Assembly: GCA_963693365.1 (NCBI GenBank)
Contig: CAVNZM010000004.1
Coordinates: 1,234,949-1,298,948, forward strand
Reading direction: 5' to 3'
Length of the DNA stretch: 64,000 bases
Source: Amoebidium appalachense
Lineage: Eukaryota; Protista; Ichthyosporea
Shown here one piece after another: positions 1-11,842 of this stretch. Both the position numbers and the translations under genes were made by a program. The stretch's first letter is position 1. Each line of letters starts with the position of its first letter. A model generated the notes under the pieces. That model saw only the letters and a list, made by a program, of their open reading frames with translations. It made no database searches and had not been told where the DNA came from.

Positions 1-288
1 TTTCTTTCATTGGAGGATTGAGTTTTATATTCTAAATGTCGACAGACATTTTATTCGATATATTTTACACTCATAGTTTTCATTCTTTTGATTGGTTTAT
101 CGTTTCACATTCCCAAGTATAAAAGGGACCTCATCTTGAAATAAATCATAAGCAGTCGTATTCACTTCCTATGGTTCCAGAAATCGTTCCTCCTCTCCGG
201 TTGTGTTTTTCCCGTGTGTCTTTGTGTTGTGTTTTACATAACACCCATCTGTGCTCTCTGCTTCTCCGTTTACCCACACAAAATAACA
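1..288 (+). repeat. 5' LTR (3' portion only)
   Basis: Direct repeat of 5677-5964, ending ...aaataaCA; contains tataaaa and aataaa motifs. Confidence 0.95.
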
Positions 289-300
289 GGTTTACGGCCC
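289..300 (+). promoter_or_regulatory. Putative primer-binding site
   Basis: ggtttacggccc directly after the LTR; resembles the GGTTATGGGCCC PBS of copia-type elements primed by an internal tRNA-iMet fragment, with mismatches. Confidence 0.55.
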
Positions 301-364
301 CTTTGCACGCTAACACACAATCTCGCTACAACCGCGAAAATCTCTCAGTCTTACTGCTTCAATC

Positions 365-3300
365 ATGACTGACAAACCGTCGTATATCAACCTTCCAATA
401 TGGAATCCGTCCGAGAAACGAGACGAGAAACGTCTTAATTATTTCGAGTGGGAGCCACTCATTCACCGGTTCATTAGAACCACCATTGCCGAGAAATTCG
501 TTGACGCTATCAAGAGGCCACAGTGGGTTGACGGCGCTGAAGCCAACCAGTGGCTAGGCTACACCACCAAGGACTCCTACAAGAAAGCTTCCGACGTCCT
601 CGACCAGATCCTCAACCAGTCCGTCCACCCGACCGAGCTCTACGACTCCGGCCGGATGCAAGACGGTGTCCACGGTGGTGAAGTCTTCCACAACCTACGT
701 ATGGCGTATGTAGCAGAGAAGGAGGCCCGAGTCACCCAGATTCAAGTCACCTTCGAGGAGCTTGAACTACGAGACTACCCCAACGTCACAGCATACCTCA
801 CCCGTCTCCAACGTCTGGCTACGACACTTGCCTGCCTCGACGAACCCGTCCAGCACAAGGATGTCGTACGTAAGTTCTTCCTCCACATCCGGAAGAACAC
901 AGCCCTGGTCTGCCCCGACATTGAACGTCTCTGCTCCGACTACTGGATGAACAACAAGGCCTACCCGTCCTTCAACATGCTCATCAGTGACATCCGAGGA
1001 GCTGAAATCCGTGCCGGCCTCATCGACGCAGGCACAGGTGCAACCGTCAACAACCGTCCCCTCCGTGCACTCCAGAGCAGAGTGCTTCCCCCCGGTGACC
1101 TCCGTAACCGTATTCCTCGACGTGAGCATACACCTCACCGTTCCCCGTCCCGTTCCCGTGATCCTCGTCCTCCCTCCAAGTCACCCGGCCCCCGTTCAAC
1201 TTCCCCTTACCACCGTGGTAACAGGGACAACCGTAACCGACAGCACAACACCAACAGTGTGAAGTGTTCCTACTGCCATGAGCCCCACCACATCACAGCA
1301 TGCCCGGAGCCTGGCTGCACAGTTGCTCGTCGTGCCAAGCAGGAGAAAGGTGACCAGAGTGTGAAATTTGCACTCATCTCCTCCACCGGCACACCTGACA
1401 GTAACGACCCCGTCTGGGACAGTGCTTGTAATGCACACATCTGCCCCATCAAGGAGTATTTCTCCTCCCTTACCCCGTGTCCTCCCACCCCCATTCACGG
1501 CCTCGGCACAGTCAATGCCAAACAACGTGGCATCATCAACATAACACTGCACTACAACGGCCACCCAACACCGTGCAGCATCAATGCTTACTACGTACCC
1601 GAGGCACCGTCTTTCCTCGTGTCTACCTCCATGGCATCAGCTGCCGGCCTCCTAGGTCATTGTGACGATACAGACAACCACCCGTCGTTCCTCTACAGCC
1701 GTAATGGTGACATTATTACAGATCTCACCCCCCTCGACGGTCTCTACTACATCACTGACTATGTGATTGAGACTCCTAAACACCCGGGGGTCCAAGCCTA
1801 CACAGCAAGGACTCAACCACCCGACGACCTCACCCTTTGGCACAACCGTCTCGGCCACCGTGCCCTCTCCACCGTCACCAGGATGGCCAAGGATGAGCTT
1901 GTCATCGGCATGCCCCCCTCCCTCAAGTCACCCGACAACAGTGACTGCTTCGGCTGCATGTCTGGCAAGACCACCAAGGCCCCCTTTCCCGGCACCCGTT
2001 CCAAGTTCACCATTCCCGGTTCTAAGTGGCACCTGGACTTCTTCGAAGCTCCCTGTGCTTCCTACGGAGGCTACAAGGTTGCTCTGGTGTGTGTTTGTGA
2101 TGCCACCGGTTACACCACCGTGTTCCCCCTTTACAACCGTGGTGAAACCCTCAGCCACATTCAGTCTCTCGTTGAAACCATCGAACGTCAGACACCTGAG
2201 ATCGTCACCCATCTTCGGTTTGACTCCGGCTCTGAGTTCACCTCCAAGGACACCGAGGCCTACTGCAAGCAGAAAGGCATCATCATGGAGTTTGCCCCCG
2301 TCGACACACCACAACACAATGGTGTTGTTGAACGGAAGATGAGAGAACTGCAAGAGACAGTCTGTTGCTTCCTCCATGCCAACAAGGACCAACCTCTCTC
2401 TCCCAAGTTGTGGGTTGCTGCTCTCAAGCATACAAGCTACATCATCAACGTCACACCGTCATCTGCTGCCAACGGCAACACTCCCTTCGAGGCCTTCCAC
2501 GGCTTCAAACCCGACGTCTCCCAGCTCCACGTGTTCGGCTCCCCTGCCTATGTGCATGTTCCCCGGTCAAAGAGGAACAAGCTGGCATCAACCGTCAGAG
2601 TCGGCACCTACGTCGGCTGGGACCTACCCTCCAAGGCACACAAGATCCTCGACCATGCCAGCAACCAAATCAAGATCTGCCGTGATGTGATCTTCGACGA
2701 GTCGAAATTCACGGGCAGCACCAATCAGGTCTCCGTTCCCCCCAAACCCGATCTGCCGACATTGGACCCCCCTCCGACGACGACGATGAAACTCCGTCTG
2801 TGGTCATCTCCCAACCGTCCTGGCACAACCAACCAGCCCCGGTTGAACCCGTGCCTCCCCCGAGCCCCCCCCCCCACTGGCCAACAACCCTTGCTGCCGG
2901 CCCCCCCCGTTGCTGTGCATCAACCCGGCTACATGACTCCGGTTCGTCCTGGGTCCCCCACCTTCCACTCGGCCACAAGCAGCCCTGTGGACACCGATGC
3001 CCCCCTCACCTCACCACCGGTCCTATTCCTGGCTTCCATGCCCCTATCCCGGCCTCCACCACCTACCCGGCCACCACTCCCCTCAAGGACCCCCCCAAGC
3101 CCAACCTTCGTCGGTCTACACGTCTCACCAAGACTCCAACGGCACTGGTCAGCATCGTAGCACCGACCATCAACATTGACCAGCTCCCCAAGGGCATTCA
3201 AAAGCTTTGCAACGGTCCCAACGGTGATGCCGTCATAGCTGCCCTCACCTCCGAGTACCAAGCCTTCATCACCAAGGATGTCTTCACCATTGTTGATCCC

Positions 3301-4734
3301 CCCCCTGGTGCCAACATCATCAAGTTCAAGTGGATTGTGACTGAGAAAGTCCTCAACTCAGCCGGTGACACCAAGATCAAAGCTCGTGGTGTTGCAAAGG
3401 GCTTCACTCAAGTCTACGGTGTTGACTACGGTGACACCTCTTCCCCCGTGGTGATGTCCTCCTCCGTCCGTGCCCTCCTTGCCATCGGTGTGGACGGCAA
3501 CCATGAGATTCATCAACTCGACGTCTCAACTGCCTTCCTCAACAGTCCTCTTCAAGAAGACATCTACATTGAGCCACCACCTGGCTTCATCACCCCCGGC
3601 AACGAACACAAGGTCTGGAAACTTAAGAAGGCACTCTACGGGCTCAAGCAAGCATCACTGGCCTGGTATGAGTACTTCGACAAGGTCCTCCTTGCTCACG
3701 GTCTCGAACGTCTCCGTTCAGATCCATGTGTCTACATCAAGACCTTCCCCAACGGTGACATCATCCTCACTGGCAACTATGTGGACGACGTCATCATCAT
3801 CTGCACGGCCAACTCCTCCCACACCAAGGATCTAGTAGACCACATCATGAAGTCAGCTCTCTGCAAGGTTGACCTTCCCGACATCTTCCTTGGCACCCAG
3901 CTCATCCACACCCCCGGTCACCTCAAGCTGCTTCAGCAATCCTACATCAACGACATCGTCAGAGACTTCAACCTCAACGATGCTCACCCCAAGGCTACTC
4001 CCATTCCCGTCGGCACCGTCATCACCATCAACGAGAACGACTCACCACCCATCAAGGTTCCCTACCGTGAACTACTCGGCCGTCTTTTGTGGGTTGCTCG
4101 TTGTTCCCGGCCCGACATCTCCTTTGCCATCGGCTACCTCGGTAGATTCAGTGCCAACCCCACCAAACTTGCATGGGAATGTCTACTCCGTGTAGTTCGG
4201 TACCTCATCGGCACTTCCAACCTCGGCCTTCACTACGACAAGTCTGCTTCCGACGACAACACCCCCTTGCTGGAGTGTTATTCTGATGCTGACTTTGCCA
4301 ACTGCCCCAACACCCGTCGTTCAACCACCGGATACGTCATCTTCTTCAAGGGCATACCCATCACATGGTATTCGAAGCTGCAGTCCATCACGGCAACATC
4401 CACCACCGAGGCTGAGCTTCTGGCCATCAATGCTGCTGTTCAAAACGTCATCTGGCACCGTGATCTCCTCCGTGAACTCGGCTACCCGATGACCGACCCC
4501 ACCCCCGTCTACTGTGACAACCAGTCCACCATTGCCCTCCTGCACACCAACAGCATCAAGCACCGGACCAAACACATTGCAGTCCGTTACCACAACACGA
4601 AGGACTACATCAAGAGTGGGGATGTGGTCGTCACCTACGTGTCCAGCAAAGACAACGTGGCTGACATCTTCACCAAGCCCCTGCCCGGGCCCTCCCACGA
4701 GCAGCACCGTGATTCACTCAGTCTTCGTGACTGA
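365..4734 (+). CDS. Copia Gag-Pol polyprotein, split over ORFs 365-3160 and 2800-4734 by frameshift(s) in C-runs of the Pro-rich IN-RT linker
   Basis: Zn knuckle CSYCHEPHHITAC; protease WDSACNAH; LWHNRLGH...CFGC; integrase HLDF, FDSGSEF, NGVVERKMR; LRRSTR; RT KARGVAKGFTQVYGVDY, QLDVSTAFL, LYGLKQA, YVDD; RNase H YSDADFA, TTEAE, YCDNQS, ADIFTK. Confidence 0.95.
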
Positions 4735-4735
4735 G

Positions 4736-4776
<41 letters not shown>

Positions 4777-5247
4777 TCATCTACAGTGGTCTTCAAGTAG
4801 GTTGGGGCCCTGGCCAGTGGTCTACACATCACCGTGTAGAGACACCTCCCAACGAAAGTCTACTGCTGTCTTCATCGATCTTCAGTGTGTGCATCTTCAG
4901 TGGGGATTTCTTCTCCACCATCCGTCGTTTATTTATATACCACCATATATATAATGTATTTATCATTAGCCACCAACACGTCACACATACACTAGTTGTT
5001 TCTTCTATATATATTTATATATCACGTCATTGGCTACCGTCATCTTCCGAGTCTTCAGAGGCAACCGTCGTTGTGTGCTTCTTCCGTTTTGGTTTTCTTC
5101 CCCGGCTTGCACCTTCAAGTCTTCTCCATTGTCTTCTCGAGTGGGGAAACTTGACTGTGACTTCACGGCACCTACTTCTACATGTGTGAAAGTCTTAACT
5201 CAACAGTCACATCAACAAACTTCACGAGAACCCAACTTCCAACCCTT

Positions 5248-5256
5248 GAGTGGGGA
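5248..5256 (+). promoter_or_regulatory. Polypurine tract
   Basis: gagtgggga immediately before the TG that starts the 3' LTR. Confidence 0.75.
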
Positions 5257-5964
5257 TGTCATCTTCACTTAATTCTCAGCAAGACTTAGAAGTTGAGTTT
5301 GGTATTTATTTATTAGTTGTTGTAGTTTGTTTCCTTTTCCTTTCTTCATTTCTTTCTTTCTTTTCCGTTTCCGTGTACACGACATCTTAGATCTGTGTAC
5401 GTATCGACATACTTAGCTCGCGCACACGTATTGTCGTTTGCGTCAAAATCTATATATGTCATCCAATCATATCTCGTTTGTATTTTCCCAAATATAGTAA
5501 CTTACATTCCTTTCTCATTTCTTTCCCACGACGTAGCATTGTGCTATGTTCTTCAACTATTAGGAATAATTATATTTAGACGTGTTATGATAAGAACATG
5601 TATAAATATATGTTATGAATTAATAGTTACATAAGTGGTTTCATTTTATTAAATGTTTCCGTGCTTTTATTAGAAGTTTCTTTCATTGGAGGATTGAGTT
5701 TTATATTCTAAATGTCGACAGACATTTTATTCGATATATTTTACACTCATAGTTTTCATTCTTTTGATTGGTTTATCGTTTCACATTCCCAAGTATAAAA
5801 GGGACCTCATCTTGAAATAAATCATAAGCAGTCGTATTCACTTCCTATGGTTCCAGAAATCGTTCCTCCTCTCCGGTTGTGTTTTTCCCGTGTGTCTTTG
5901 TGTTGTGTTTTACATAACACCCATCTGTGCTCTCTGCTTCTCCGTTTACCCACACAAAATAACA
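5257..5964 (+). repeat. 3' LTR, 708 bp
   Basis: The start is confirmed by a second insertion at 62792 beginning with the same TGTCATCTTCAC; the end is confirmed by the 5' LTR. Confidence 0.93.
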
Positions 5965-6091
5965 GTAGGCGAGTGTGACATGCGTGCTCAGTGAAAACAA
6001 AATCCCTGAGTTTCAAAAGCACCTGTATCAAGTGTGTTTTGGCTTCAGAGGGGCTGCCCGCCAGAGGATATATTTACATATTAGCGAATAG

Positions 6092-7922
6092 GTATACAAA
6101 GGTTTATCAGATCTATCCAAAGTACGTACCCTCATAGACTCTGATAAGTATTTCTCGGAACTGTTTAAAGATAGGACCCCCGCTCAGAAACCTATTGTGT
6201 GGCCTGTAGACCCATCTATCCCCATAGAATCGATCCTCCCCTTTTTCAGTCCCGATGCCATATGGTCTGTGATATCTAGTTATAGCTCTAGTAAGTCTTG
6301 TGGACCTGATGGACTCCCTGCTGGGTTTCTTAAAATCCTTGTTCCCTCCTACCCACAAAAGGAAAGTGATCGTGCTATTAAACCTGATCTTACTATCATG
6401 TTAAGCTCTCTCTTTTCTTGGTGTGTTAAATGTGGACATGTCCCGTCATCTTGGTTAGATACCTTAGTGATCCCCATAGTTAAGAAGGACTCTGAGGGCC
6501 CCATATCATCCTTTCGCCCCATTACACTAACCCAGGTTGTTCGTAGATTCTTTGAAGCTTGCTTACTTAGGTTATTTGCACATCACCCTAGGTTTCAATC
6601 TATTCTTCACATACACCCATGCCAATCCGCTTTTCGTAAAAACAATTCATGTTATGTTCAAATAATGGCACTGCACGATTCTATGCAAGTTGGTGCACAA
6701 TATGTTGGCTTTATTGATTGGAAAACTGCTTACGATTCTGTCTCCCCTGGTCTCCTATGGGAAAAGCTTGCTGCACGGGGTGTACCACACTGCATTGGTG
6801 TTCTGTTAGAAGCACTCTTGTCTCAAACCTATGGTAGAGCTGTGGTTAATGGGCATCTTTCATATGGTGTTGCTCGTACTAGAGGTCTCTTGCAGGGTTC
6901 ATTGCTTAGCCCCTTTTTGTTTAACCTATTTATAGATGATTTGGCTGTCAAGACTTACGCCGAAAACGATGACCCTATTAATAACTTTCCGCCTGCACTT
7001 CTCTATGCTGATGATCTGTCCCTCCTTGCCCGTACCCCTAGACGCCTGCAAAGATTGTTCGATGTAGTGTCAGAGTGGTGCAAGGCAAACCTTATTATCC
7101 TTAACATAGACAAATGTGGTGTTCTTGTACCTGATATAGCTAACAATTTACACACATTTACATTATCATCTAAACCTGTACCTATAGTTCCAGAATACAA
7201 ATATCTTGGTGTTCCGGTTGATTCTGTTGGTGTTATGTTTCCCCATATGGTCGAAAAGAGGGTAGAGTTGGCTCGTAAGCGGTTAGCTTTCTTCTCGGCT
7301 AATATTTTTAAAGACACACCCCTCCATCCTTCTATTAGACTTACATTTATTCGCACTTTTGTCTTCCCGGCATGTGAATATGGTTTACCCCTTCTCGCCG
7401 CTTGGATCAAGAAAGAGAGAACTAGAGCGCTTAAACCCTTGGCAAATTTCCTTGAAGCAGAAGTTGCCTCCTTTCTATCTAACAACTGTTGTAAACCTGG
7501 GCCTGTAACGCTCTCGATATATGGTCTGGTCCCAATAGCTGCTAGAGTATCCTATCTCGCGCTGAAATTCAATAAGCACATAAGCCGCTTAAAGAAGTAT
7601 TTGCCCTCCCACCCTCTCTTCTCTATCCGACCTGTCCCCTCCTCACCTCTCCCCTCTTTCCTCCCCTCTCTCTCCCCTTCTCCCCTGGGCACAAATACAA
7701 ATAAACCCCGCAATAGTGTGTGTGTGACTTTGGACTGCCACTTACTTGTTAAACATGTACACAATCACAAGATAATCACGCAATATAACAAATGGAAAAA
7801 GATACCACACGACACTAGACCCGATGAAAGCATACACCTTGAAAAACTAAGCCTTATGTCTCGTTTTATATATACTGACCGCCTCAACCATATTGCCAAA
7901 TATGGCACTCGCAAGTGTATAA
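6092..7922 (+). mobile_element. Non-LTR (LINE-like) retrotransposon RT region, truncated at both ends
   Basis: Open frame from ~6092 (YFSELF, KSCGPDGL, FRPITL, QSAFR, FIDWKTAYDSV, GLLQGSLLSPFLF, LLYADDL, YKYLGV). Homology to the minus copies stops at ...aagtgtataa (7922), so the last ~40 aa of ORF 6197-8041 are read-through into an inverted copy. Confidence 0.93.
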
Positions 7923-8116
7923 GGGGTTTACGCTGTTTACTCGAGGCAAAGAGAACCAGTCTCAGGTATGGGGGGGGGGGTTTGCTCGGAATATCCCCTC
8001 AGCGGTATATCATGATCACGTACATAGATGTCGGGTGGTGACTATATATCAGGGTTTACTTTCTCTACGAGACACCATAAAGACTACAAGGAGAAATCAA
8101 TTAGTTGGGGTTCCCC

Positions 8117-8158
<42 letters not shown>

Positions 8159-8190
8159 GGGCTCCCCTCGGGACACTCGGTATCAGCTGG

Positions 8191-8253
<63 letters not shown>

Positions 8254-9045
8254 GTGTGTGTGTGTGCGCGTGCGCTATAATTTTGTAGTGATGTGTTTCT
8301 CAAGCCAATCAATACATCTAATAAACAGGTCGTAGTTACGCGTGTTTAGTATAAAATCAAGGATGTTGTAATTTACAGGTAGGCTATCTTTCTGGGTGTC
8401 TGTTGTGAATGTGACGTGTGTGTGTTGCGGTATTATGTGGTCTATCAAACTACATTTGGCGATACATGACCGGTTAAACTGGTGTGTGTGTGTGTTGTTT
8501 GGGCATGCAAATGATGCCACCTTATACTTATTAGATCTCCACTGTATAGCACGTGTACAGTAAAAGCGTGGTAATTGATCAATAATACCATCAGCTAGAG
8601 AAAGACCAGTTCTACAGGAAGGTAATATGTATTTAGGTGTTATACACTTGCGAGTGCCATATTTGGCAATATGGTTGAGGCGGTCAGTATATATAAAACG
8701 AGACATAAGGCTTAGTTTTTCAAGGTGTATGCTTTCATCGGGTCTAGTGTCGTGTGGTATCTTTTTCCATTTGTTATATTGCGTGATTATCTTGTGATTG
8801 TGTACATGTTTAATAAGTAAGTGGCAGTCCAAAGTCACACACACACTATTGCGGGGTTTATTTGTATTTGTGCCCAGGGGAGAAGGGGAGAGAGAGGGGA
8901 GGAAAGAGGGGAGAGGTGAGGAGGGGACAGGTCGGATAGAGAAGAGAGGGTGGGAGGGCAAATACTTCTTTAAGCGGCTTATGTGCTTATTGAATTTCAG
9001 CGCGAGATAGGATACTCTAGCAGCTATTGGGACCAGACCATATAT
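7923..9045 (-). mobile_element. 5'-truncated copy of the same LINE-like element (C-terminus + 3' UTR)
   Basis: 8640-9045 is the reverse complement of 7517-7922. ORF ends DWLEKHITTKL* at 8275. The UTR has (CA)n, an internal poly(A) and the terminus ...gtaaacagcgtaaacccc. Confidence 0.93.
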
Positions 9046-9294
9046 ATATATATTTATTTCTTGGTATATTTTCAAGCCCCGGAGTATTTTGGCCTGGGGT
9101 GTATGGTATTTTTCATCCCAAGTCAAAGGAGAATGAGGGGGGGTTCCTATTATAGGAAACTTGCGGAGGCTTACCATAAACTGAAATTTTGATGGTATTT
9201 TCGAAAAGTTTAGGGTATTTTTTACCGTAAAAACGGGGTTATGGTCGGGCCTGTACCCCAGACGCCTTTGGGTCGTAATACAACCCCTGCGCCC

Positions 9295-10157
9295 GCCGCC
9301 CGGTCTGGTTTATCCTTTGGAATGTTCTAGTTAGGTTTTTCAGGGCGTGTAAAAACCATACACACATGAAACTTTAGGGAACTTATAAGAGCACACACAG
9401 TCACACAGAACCCCGGACATGAGCAAGAAATAACCACTAACCTCCCTACAGGTACTAATATGTAACGGCTCTCTCAACCTTCACATTTACATACACCGAA
9501 ACAAACACAAAAACACGCACTGGGCCGTAATTCTTGTTTCCATCGCCGTTGGTGCACGTGACACATGCAAAATTTTGTGCTGATCGAACTTTTTCACTGA
9601 GTCGAAGGTATGACACATACATCGGTGTGAGCTTTTTATGTCGCGTTTTGCCTCTTTCCCTACGGGTGTCTGCTAGGTACACTGGCTGGCAATGTGAACA
9701 CTTGAGACTTTTTGTTGAATTCTATTGTTTGTCACATTGAATATCTATATGATTTTCACACAGTGTTCAGGTACACGTATCTCAGCGGCAATTGCATGCT
9801 ACATGTGATAACTCGTGAAGTTTTTATTGCCTCCCGGCTAACGTACTAAGTATGCCGCACGGTATGCCGTGCATACTTGTTGAATAAATCCAGCGGCAAA
9901 TAATAAAATTCTCCACACACGCGCAAGTGCCCCCACAACTCGTACGCACAACGCAGTCCACACACCCACATTTGATATGTTTCAATTTATTTTTGGTTTT
10001 TATAAAAAATAAAGCTGTTTGTAAGTCTGCTTGGTTGTGTTAGCTGTCGAAGTTATAGAATACCTCTTGGGCTTTTATCTATCTATGTAAGAAAGGGAAT
10101 TTGCCTAGCTCAAAATAGCGTACGTTTGACCAATCGGAAATGAGTTGATCCGCTCAA
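9295..10157 (-). repeat. ~860-bp non-coding block, inverted copy of 38200-39046
   Basis: Reverse-complement similarity along its whole length (e.g. ORFs 9534+ and 38613- give nearly the same translation). Confidence 0.9.
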
Positions 10158-10264
10158 CTCAGGGTTCGACATTTGGGTTTCAAGTCGGGTATTTTCCGAA
10201 GTTTTGTGACGTCATCCATTTTGGCCTCGCGAAAGGTGGGGTATTTCCAGGATATACGTACTTT

Positions 10265-10519
10265 GGGGTTTACGCTGTTTACTCGAGGCAAAGAGAACCA
10301 GTCTCAGGTAGGGGGGGGGGGGTTTGCTCGGAATATCCCCTCAGCGGTATATCATGATCACGTACATAGATGTCGGGTGGTGACTATATATCAGGGTTTA
10401 CTTTCTCTACGAGACACCATAAAGACTACAAGGAGAAATCAATTAGTTGGGGTTCCCCGTTTTTTATTTTTTTTTATTTTTTTTTTTTTTTATTTTTTTT
10501 ATTTATTTATTTATTTATT

Positions 10520-10554
<35 letters not shown>

Positions 10555-11282
10555 GGGCTCCCCTCGGGACACTCGGTATCAGCTGGTTGTGTGTGTGTGT
10601 GTGTGTGTGTGTGTTTGTGTGTGTGTGTGCGCGTGCGCTATAATTTTGTAGTGATGTGTTTCTCAAGCCAATCAATACATCTAATAAACAGGTCGTAGTT
10701 ACGCGTGTTTAGTATAAAATCAAGGATGTTGTAATTTACAGGTAGGCTATCTTTCTGGGTGTCTGTTGTGAATGTGACGTGTGTGTGTTGCGGTATTATG
10801 TGGTCTATCAAACTGCATTTGGCGATACATGACCGGTTAAACTGGTGTGTGTGTGTGTTGTTTGGGCATGCAAATGATGCCACCTTATACTTATTAGATC
10901 TCCACTGTATAGCACGTGTACAGTAAAAGCGTGGTAATTGATCAATAATACCATCAGCTAGAGAAAGACCAGTTCTACAGGAAGGTAATATGTATTTAGG
11001 TGTTATACACTTGCGAGTGCCATATTTGGCAATATGGTTGAGGCGGTCAGTATATATAAAACGAGACATAAGGCTTAGTTTTTCAAGGTGTATGCTTTCA
11101 TCGGGTCTAGTGTCGTGTGGTATCTTTTTCCATTTGTTATATTGCGTGATTATCTTGTGATTGTGTACATGTTTAACAAGTAAGTGGCAGTCCAAAGTCA
11201 CACACACACTATTGCGGGGTTTATTTGTATTTGTGCCCAGGGGAGAAGGGGAGAGAGAGGGGAGGAAAGAGGGGAGAGGTGA
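10265..11282 (-). mobile_element. Second 5'-truncated minus-strand LINE-like copy
   Basis: Same 3' terminus (ggggtttacgctgtttactcgagg on +) and same C-terminal ORF (stop at 10638); truncated at ...gagaggtga. Confidence 0.93.
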
Positions 11283-11842
11283 ACAGCGTAAACCCCCAAA
11301 TATATATATACGATAAGCCCAGGGGGTCAATACGAGTAACGCTGTTAGGTGCTGTATTGGTCTTTTGTAGCAGTGGAATAGGCCAATAGTGTGTCTTGGT
11401 GTGTTTTTATACAAAAACGGGTGTTTTTCCAGGTAAAAGATGGCCAGGTGATTATTTTGGCACTCCAGAGCGGAATATGAAGCCCTGTTCTGTCAATCGG
11501 GGTGCGTAATCGCTAAGGGAGTGTAAAATGAACTGAAATAGTTCCTTAAATTCAATGATATAGGGGGTCTATACGAGTCGTAATGAGACCAACCCCGCCC
11601 ATACGATTTGGAAATTCCGACAAGACGATTGTGTTTGAGGTAACTTACCAGGGTAGCGCAGCCGAAACCGCACAACCCCTGACCGGGCGGCAAAAGGGGG
11701 CCGCAGCACATATGAACGCAATGCAACTTCGCATCATGTACACACCGTCGTCGTTGAACTCACGAGTGTGTAGTGCGTCTATTATTCACGTGGTCTGGAA
11801 TACACTACACACACAAGAAAGCTTGGTTAGTGGTTCGTGAAC

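Larger units (their letters stand above)
1..5964 (+). mobile_element. Ty1/copia LTR retrotransposon; 5' LTR cut by the window edge; apparently young
   Basis: 1-288 matches 5677-5964 with no difference seen by eye. Domain order is Gag-PR-IN-RT-RH (copia order). PBS-like sequence follows the 5' LTR and a PPT precedes the 3' LTR. The 3' LTR runs TGTCAT...ATAACA. Confidence 0.97.

Noticed and set aside
2760-3160. Programmed ribosomal frameshift between the two copia ORFs
   Set aside because: The break lies between IN and RT in a Pro-rich linker with several C-runs (~2767, ~2865, ~3000), and the plausible reading alternates between frames there. Homopolymer indels (mutation or sequencing) explain it better.
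7923-8274. Hammerhead ribozyme / Penelope-like pseudo-LTR in the RT element 3' end
   Set aside because: No CUGANGA...GAAA core with matching stems was found by eye, and the RT motifs (GPDG, FRPITL, YADD, YKYLG) are of non-LTR type
6117-10266. 12-bp inverted match ccaaagtacgta (6117) / tacgtactttgg (~10255)
   Set aside because: Short and partly palindromic; expected by chance in a window of this size
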